From assembly GCA_963651485.1 (NCBI GenBank), contig CAVJPT010000002.1, positions 138,154-202,153 on the forward strand: a stretch of DNA of 64,000 bases, given 5' to 3'. The notes beneath the pieces are model-generated. The model ran no database searches. It worked only from the letters and a program-made list of their open reading frames with translations, and was not told the DNA's origin. The stretch comes from Alloprevotella sp. (GTDB lineage Bacteria > Bacteroidota > Bacteroidia > Bacteroidales > Bacteroidaceae). Every line of letters starts with the position of its first letter. Within the stretch, counting starts at the first letter, position 1. Made by a program: the position numbers and the translations under genes. Shown piece after piece: positions 59,513 to 64,000 of the stretch.

Positions 59513-61414
59513 ATGGATTACACAATTCTGATACTTTTGCTGCCATTCTTCTCGTTTCTCCTTCTCGGTGTATTCGGGAAATGGTTCAGCCATAAGGCGG
59601 CGGGTCTGACCGGCACGGCTGTGCTGGCTGTCGTGGCGGTGCTTTCGTACTACACGGCCTACCAGTATTTCTTCTGCACCCCGCGTGTGGAGGGCGTGCT
59701 TCCCACTCTCACGCCTTACAATTACACTTGGCTCCCGTTCTTCGTGAAAGGGCTGACCTTCGACTTGGGCATTATGCTCGACCCCATATCCGTGATGATG
59801 CTTATCGTCATCACTACGGTGTCGCTTATGGTGCATGTCTACTCTTTCGGCTATATGCATGGCGAGCGTGGCTTCCAGCGCTACTACGCGTTCCTCAGCC
59901 TCTTCACCATGTCTATGCTTGGGCTCGTGGTAGCCACCAACATCTTCCAGATGTATATGTTCTGGGAGCTTGTGGGCGTGTCTTCCTACCTGCTCATTGG
60001 CTTCTACTACACCAGCCCGGCTGCCATCGCCGCTTCCAAGAAGGCGTTCATCGTGACTCGTTTCGCTGACCTCTTCTTCCTTATCGGCATCCTCATCTAC
60101 GGGTACTACTGCCAGTCGTTCGGCTTCGACTTTAGCCAGGCAGGCTTCGCGCAGGGCGCGTTCATGCTTCCCCTCGCGCTGTTCCTGATGTTTATCGGCG
60201 GTGCCGGCAAGAGCGCAATGTTCCCTCTGCACATCTGGCTTCCCGATGCAATGGAGGGCCCCACTCCCGTGTCCGCCCTTATCCATGCCGCCACGATGGT
60301 GGTTGCGGGCGTATTCCAGATAGCCCGTCTCTTCCCGCTTTGGACGTCGTACGCCCCCGGCACGCTGCACATCGTGGCCTGGGTAGGCGCGTTCACGGCG
60401 TTCTACGCCGCTGCGGTAGCTTGCTGCCAGAGCGACATCAAGCGCGTGCTCGCGTTCTCCACCATTTCGCAGATAGCGTTTATGATGGTATCTCTTGGCG
60501 TGTGCACGGAGTTTGTGACCGGACACGAGCACGTAGGCTCGCTGGGCTATATGGCTTCTATGTTCCACCTCTTCACGCACGCAATGTTCAAGGCGTTGCT
60601 CTTCCTCGGCGCGGGCTGCATCATCCACGCCGTGCACAGCAACGAGATGTCCGCAATGGGCGGCCTGCGAAAGTACATGCCCGTCACGCACATCACCTTC
60701 CTCATTGCTTGCCTTGCCATCTCGGGCATTCCCCCGTTCTCCGGATTCTTCTCCAAGGACGAGATACTTACGGCAGCCTTTGCCTATATGCCCGCGATGG
60801 GCTGGATAATGACCGCCATCGCAGCTATGACGGCGTTCTATATGTTCCGCCTCTATTACGGCATCTTCTGGGGAACCGAGAACAAGGAACTCCACGCAGA
60901 GCATACGCCGCACGAGGCACCGCTCACGATGACTTTCCCGCTCGTGTTCCTTGCCGTGGTGACGTGCGTAGCCGGCTTCATACCTTTCGGTCACTTCGTG
61001 AGCGCGGACGGCCAACTGTACGACATACACCTTGACTGGGGCGTTGCCGGCACTTCCATCGTGATAGCCGTGCTTTCCATCCTCCTTGCCACCTATATGT
61101 ATATGGGCGAGCGCCAGCCCAAGGCAGACGCGCTCGGCGAGAAGTTTGCCAAGCTCCACCGCTGGGCATACAAGCGCTTCTACATGGACGAGGTATACCA
61201 GTACATTACGCACCGTGTCATCTTCGCCCATGTCTCCAAGCCCATTGCGTGGTTTGACCGCCATGTGGTAGATGCGTTCTTCGACTTTCTCGCTTGGGGC
61301 GCAAACGCGCTCAGCTTCCGCATCCGCGGCTTGCAGAGCGGTGCAGTACAGGGCTACGCTTTCGTTTTCCTGCTCGGCACGCTTATCCTCCTCGCGATTA
61401 TGGCTTTCGCCTGA
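59513..61414 (+). CDS. nuoL: NADH-quinone oxidoreductase subunit L
   Basis: WLPDAMEGPTPVSALIHAATMV, THAMFKALLF. Confidence 0.96.
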   Translation: MDYTILILLLPFFSFLLLGVFGKWFSHKAAGLTGTAVLAVVAVLSYYTAYQYFFCTPRVEGVLPTLTPYNYTWLPFFVKGLTFDLGIMLDPISVMMLIVITTVSLMVHVYSFGYMHGERGFQRYYAFLSLFTMSMLGLVVATNIFQMYMFWELVGVSSYLLIGFYYTSPAAIAASKKAFIVTRFADLFFLIGILIYGYYCQSFGFDFSQAGFAQGAFMLPLALFLMFIGGAGKSAMFPLHIWLPDAMEGPTPVSALIHAATMVVAGVFQIARLFPLWTSYAPGTLHIVAWVGAFTAFYAAAVACCQSDIKRVLAFSTISQIAFMMVSLGVCTEFVTGHEHVGSLGYMASMFHLFTHAMFKALLFLGAGCIIHAVHSNEMSAMGGLRKYMPVTHITFLIACLAISGIPPFSGFFSKDEILTAAFAYMPAMGWIMTAIAAMTAFYMFRLYYGIFWGTENKELHAEHTPHEAPLTMTFPLVFLAVVTCVAGFIPFGHFVSADGQLYDIHLDWGVAGTSIVIAVLSILLATYMYMGERQPKADALGEKFAKLHRWAYKRFYMDEVYQYITHRVIFAHVSKPIAWFDRHVVDAFFDFLAWGANALSFRIRGLQSGAVQGYAFVFLLGTLILLAIMAFA

Positions 61415-61504
61415 ACATAGCAGCGCGGGCTTCCCGCGTCCCATCCGCCTTCGGGCGGTGCGGGACTGCGGAGAGCTTGCAAAACCATAAACATAAACAC
61501 ACTT

Positions 61505-63013
61505 ATGAATTTTCTTTCATTATTTGTACTGATACCCTTGGTCATGCTGCTTGGCTTGTGGCTGGCCCGCGGCGTGAACGGCGTGCGGGCGGTGATGGTG
61601 ACGGGCAGCACGGCATTGCTTGCGCTGGCCGCCTATCTCGTGGTCACTTTCCTGGGCGACCGCGCTGCGGGGGCTACGGGCGAGATGCTCTATACGGCGT
61701 CTTTCTCGTGGTTTGAGCCGCTTCATATAAAATACTCCGTGGGTGTGGACGGCATCTCCGTCGCTATGCTTCTGCTTTCAGCGGTGATTGTGTTCACTGG
61801 CACGTTCGCCTCCTGGCAGCTCAAGCCCCTCACGAAGGAATACTTCCTTTGGTTCACCCTTTTGAGCCTTGGCGTTTTCGGCTTCTTCATCTCCGTGGAT
61901 ATGTTCGCCATGTTCATGTTCTACGAGATTGCGCTCATCCCCATGTATCTCCTTATCGGCGTATGGGGCAGCGGCCGCAAGGAATATGCGGCTATGAAGC
62001 TTACCCTGATGCTTATGGGCGGCTCCGCTTTCCTTATGTGCGGCATCTTCGGCATCTTCTACGGTGCCGGCGGCAATACGATGAACATCGTGGAGATTGC
62101 CAACCACACCGACGGCGCGCATGCCATCGCCTTCTCTCAGCAGTGCGTGTGGTTCCCGCTCACGTTCATCGGCTTCGGCGTGCTGGGCGCGCTCTTCCCG
62201 TTCCACACATGGTCTCCCGACGGCCACGCTTCCGCGCCTACGGCCGTGTCCATGCTCCACGCCGGCGTGCTGATGAAGCTCGGCGGCTACGGCTGCTTCC
62301 GCATCGCCATGTACCTGATGCCCGAGGCTGCCAATGAGCTGGGCTGGATATTCCTTATCCTTACCGGCATCTCCGTGGTTTACGGTGCGTTCTCCGCCTG
62401 TGTGCAGACCGACCTCAAGTACATCAATGCGTACAGCTCCGTGTCCCACTGCGGTCTGGTACTCTTCGCCATACTGATGCTCAACCAGACGGCTTGCACG
62501 GGTGCGGTGCTCCAGATGCTCAGCCACGGTCTTATGACCGCCCTCTTCTTTGCCCTCATCGGCATGATTTATGGACGCACGCACACCCGCGACATCCGCG
62601 AGCTTAACGGTCTGATGCGCATTATGCCCTTCCTCTCCGTGGGCTACATCGTGGCGGGTCTCGCCAACCTCGGCTTGCCTGGCTTCTCTGGCTTCATTGC
62701 GGAGATGACCATCTTTGTGGGTTCGTTCCAGAATGCCGACGCGTTCCACCGTGTGCTTACCATCGCAGCCTGCTGCTCCATCGTCATTACGGCGGTCTAC
62801 ATCCTCCGTGTGGTGGGCAAGATACTCTACGGCACTTGCACCAACGAGCATCACCTCAAGCTTACCGACGCTACTTGGGACGAGCGCTTCGCTGTCGTGT
62901 GCCTCATCTTGGCTGTAGCCGGTCTGGGTCTTGCGCCGCTTTGGGTGAGCGACATGATCAATACGGGCGTTGCCCCCATCGTCAACCACATTCAGGCTGC
63001 CGCCGCGCTGTAA
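61505..63013 (+). CDS. nuoM: NADH-quinone oxidoreductase subunit M
   Basis: PFHTWSPDGH, LMKLGGYG, AYSSVSH. Confidence 0.95.
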   Translation: MNFLSLFVLIPLVMLLGLWLARGVNGVRAVMVTGSTALLALAAYLVVTFLGDRAAGATGEMLYTASFSWFEPLHIKYSVGVDGISVAMLLLSAVIVFTGTFASWQLKPLTKEYFLWFTLLSLGVFGFFISVDMFAMFMFYEIALIPMYLLIGVWGSGRKEYAAMKLTLMLMGGSAFLMCGIFGIFYGAGGNTMNIVEIANHTDGAHAIAFSQQCVWFPLTFIGFGVLGALFPFHTWSPDGHASAPTAVSMLHAGVLMKLGGYGCFRIAMYLMPEAANELGWIFLILTGISVVYGAFSACVQTDLKYINAYSSVSHCGLVLFAILMLNQTACTGAVLQMLSHGLMTALFFALIGMIYGRTHTRDIRELNGLMRIMPFLSVGYIVAGLANLGLPGFSGFIAEMTIFVGSFQNADAFHRVLTIAACCSIVITAVYILRVVGKILYGTCTNEHHLKLTDATWDERFAVVCLILAVAGLGLAPLWVSDMINTGVAPIVNHIQAAAAL

Positions 63014-63060
63014 GCGGGGGCTGAACCCTTTTCTTTCATCATACACACAATAAAAGAAAA

Positions 63061-64000
63061 ATGGACTATTCGCAATTTCTCTATATGCATGAGGAGCTGT
63101 CCCTGCTTGCGGTGATAGTGATACTGTTTGTGGCGGATCTCTTCATGTGTCCCGACAAGAAGAGCGGACGGGGTGTTTACAACACCTGCCTGCCCGTCGT
63201 GCTGCTTGCCGTGCATACCGTTGCCAACCTTCTTCCGTGCTGCGGCGCGCAGGCGGAGGAGGCTTTCGGCGGGATGTACCAGCACACGCCCATGATGACC
63301 ATCCTGAAAAGCGTCCTCAGCGTGGGCACGCTCGTCGTATTCCTCATGTCGCACAAGTGGATGAGCCGCGAGGAAAACCTTGTGAAGCAGGGAGAGTACT
63401 ACATGCTCACGCTCTTCACGCTGCTTGGCATGTACTTCATGATATCGAGCGGGCACTTCCTTATGTTCTTCATCGGTCTCGAGCTTGCCTCCGTGCCAAT
63501 GACCGCCCTTGTGGCCTACGACAAGAAGCGCAGCGAGAGTGCCGAGGCGGGCGCAAAGTACATTCTGCTTGCCCTCTTCTCCAGCGCGCTGCTGCTTTAC
63601 GGCGTTTCGCTTGTGTACGGTGCCACCGGCACGCTTTACTTCAGCGAGATCGGCGCGGCTCTTGACGGCTCGCTGCTCAGCATCTTCGGTCTTGTACTCT
63701 TCCTCACGGGCATGGGCTTCAAGATATCGCTTGTGCCTTTCCACCTCTGGACTGCCGACACCTACGAAGGCGCGCCCACTGTGGTGACGGGCTACCTCAG
63801 CGTCATCTCGAAAGGCTCTGCGGCTTTCGTACTCTTTACCGTGCTTGTCAAGGCCTTTGCCAACAGCGACCTTGCCTATAGCTGGAACACGGGGCTTTGG
63901 TGGATTATCATCGCTTCCATAACCGTGGCTAACCTTTTCGCCATCCGTCAGACCAACCTCAAGCGCTTTATGGCTTTCTCCGCCATTTCGCAGGCCGGTT
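63061..64000 (+). CDS. nuoN: NADH-quinone oxidoreductase subunit N, 3'-truncated by window edge
   Basis: ATG at 63061, open to the window end (absent from the ORF track); [33 protein letters not shown]. Confidence 0.93.
   Translation, partial: MDYSQFLYMHEELSLLAVIVILFVADLFMCPDKKSGRGVYNTCLPVVLLAVHTVANLLPCCGAQAEEAFGGMYQHTPMMTILKSVLSVGTLVVFLMSHKWMSREENLVKQGEYYMLTLFTLLGMYFMISSGHFLMFFIGLELASVPMTALVAYDKKRSESAEAGAKYILLALFSSALLLYGVSLVYGATGTLYFSEIGAALDGSLLSIFGLVLFLTGMGFKISLVPFHLWTADTYEGAPTVVTGYLSVISKGSAAFVLFTVLVKAFANSDLAYSWNTGLWWIIIASITVANLFAIRQTNLKRFMAFSAISQAG

Noticed and set aside
54092..64000. Absence of nuoE, nuoF and nuoG
   Set aside because: The 11-subunit complex is the known state in Bacteroidales.

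Overview
A GC-rich chromosomal segment from a Bacteroidales bacterium, most likely Prevotellaceae. The assignment rests on TTTG-N20-TAnnTTTG promoters, fkp, tamL-tamB, S46 and C10 peptidases, and a nuo operon lacking nuoEFG. Most of the window is housekeeping: a partial Wzc kinase, asparaginase, a BtuF/BtuC-like ABC pair split by a kinase-GT2-glf cassette, fkp, aguA/aguB, rpsL-rpsG-fusA-rpsJ, tamB-tamL, an N-terminal-only purH followed by mreBCD-mrdA-rodA, rsfS-ftsH-cdsA, a radical SAM gene with tilS, and nuoA to nuoN (partial). I saw no rRNA, tRNA, CRISPR array, integrase, transposase or reverse transcriptase. The unusual signals are non-coding. (1) A dispersed ~200-bp intergenic element occurs in four copies: promoter, hairpin, an exact IHF-type WATCAR-N4-TTR box, TGTACA, and 21-bp phased repeats. 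Its orientation is independent of neighbouring genes. (2) Right after rpsJ, where the S10 operon breaks, a ~172-bp tandem array holds three degenerate copies of the tamL 3' end, each with a terminator hairpin. (3) There are candidate structured RNAs upstream of the radical SAM gene (Bacteroidales-1/6S-like) and of nuoA. All annotations come from reading the sequence by eye; no searches were run.
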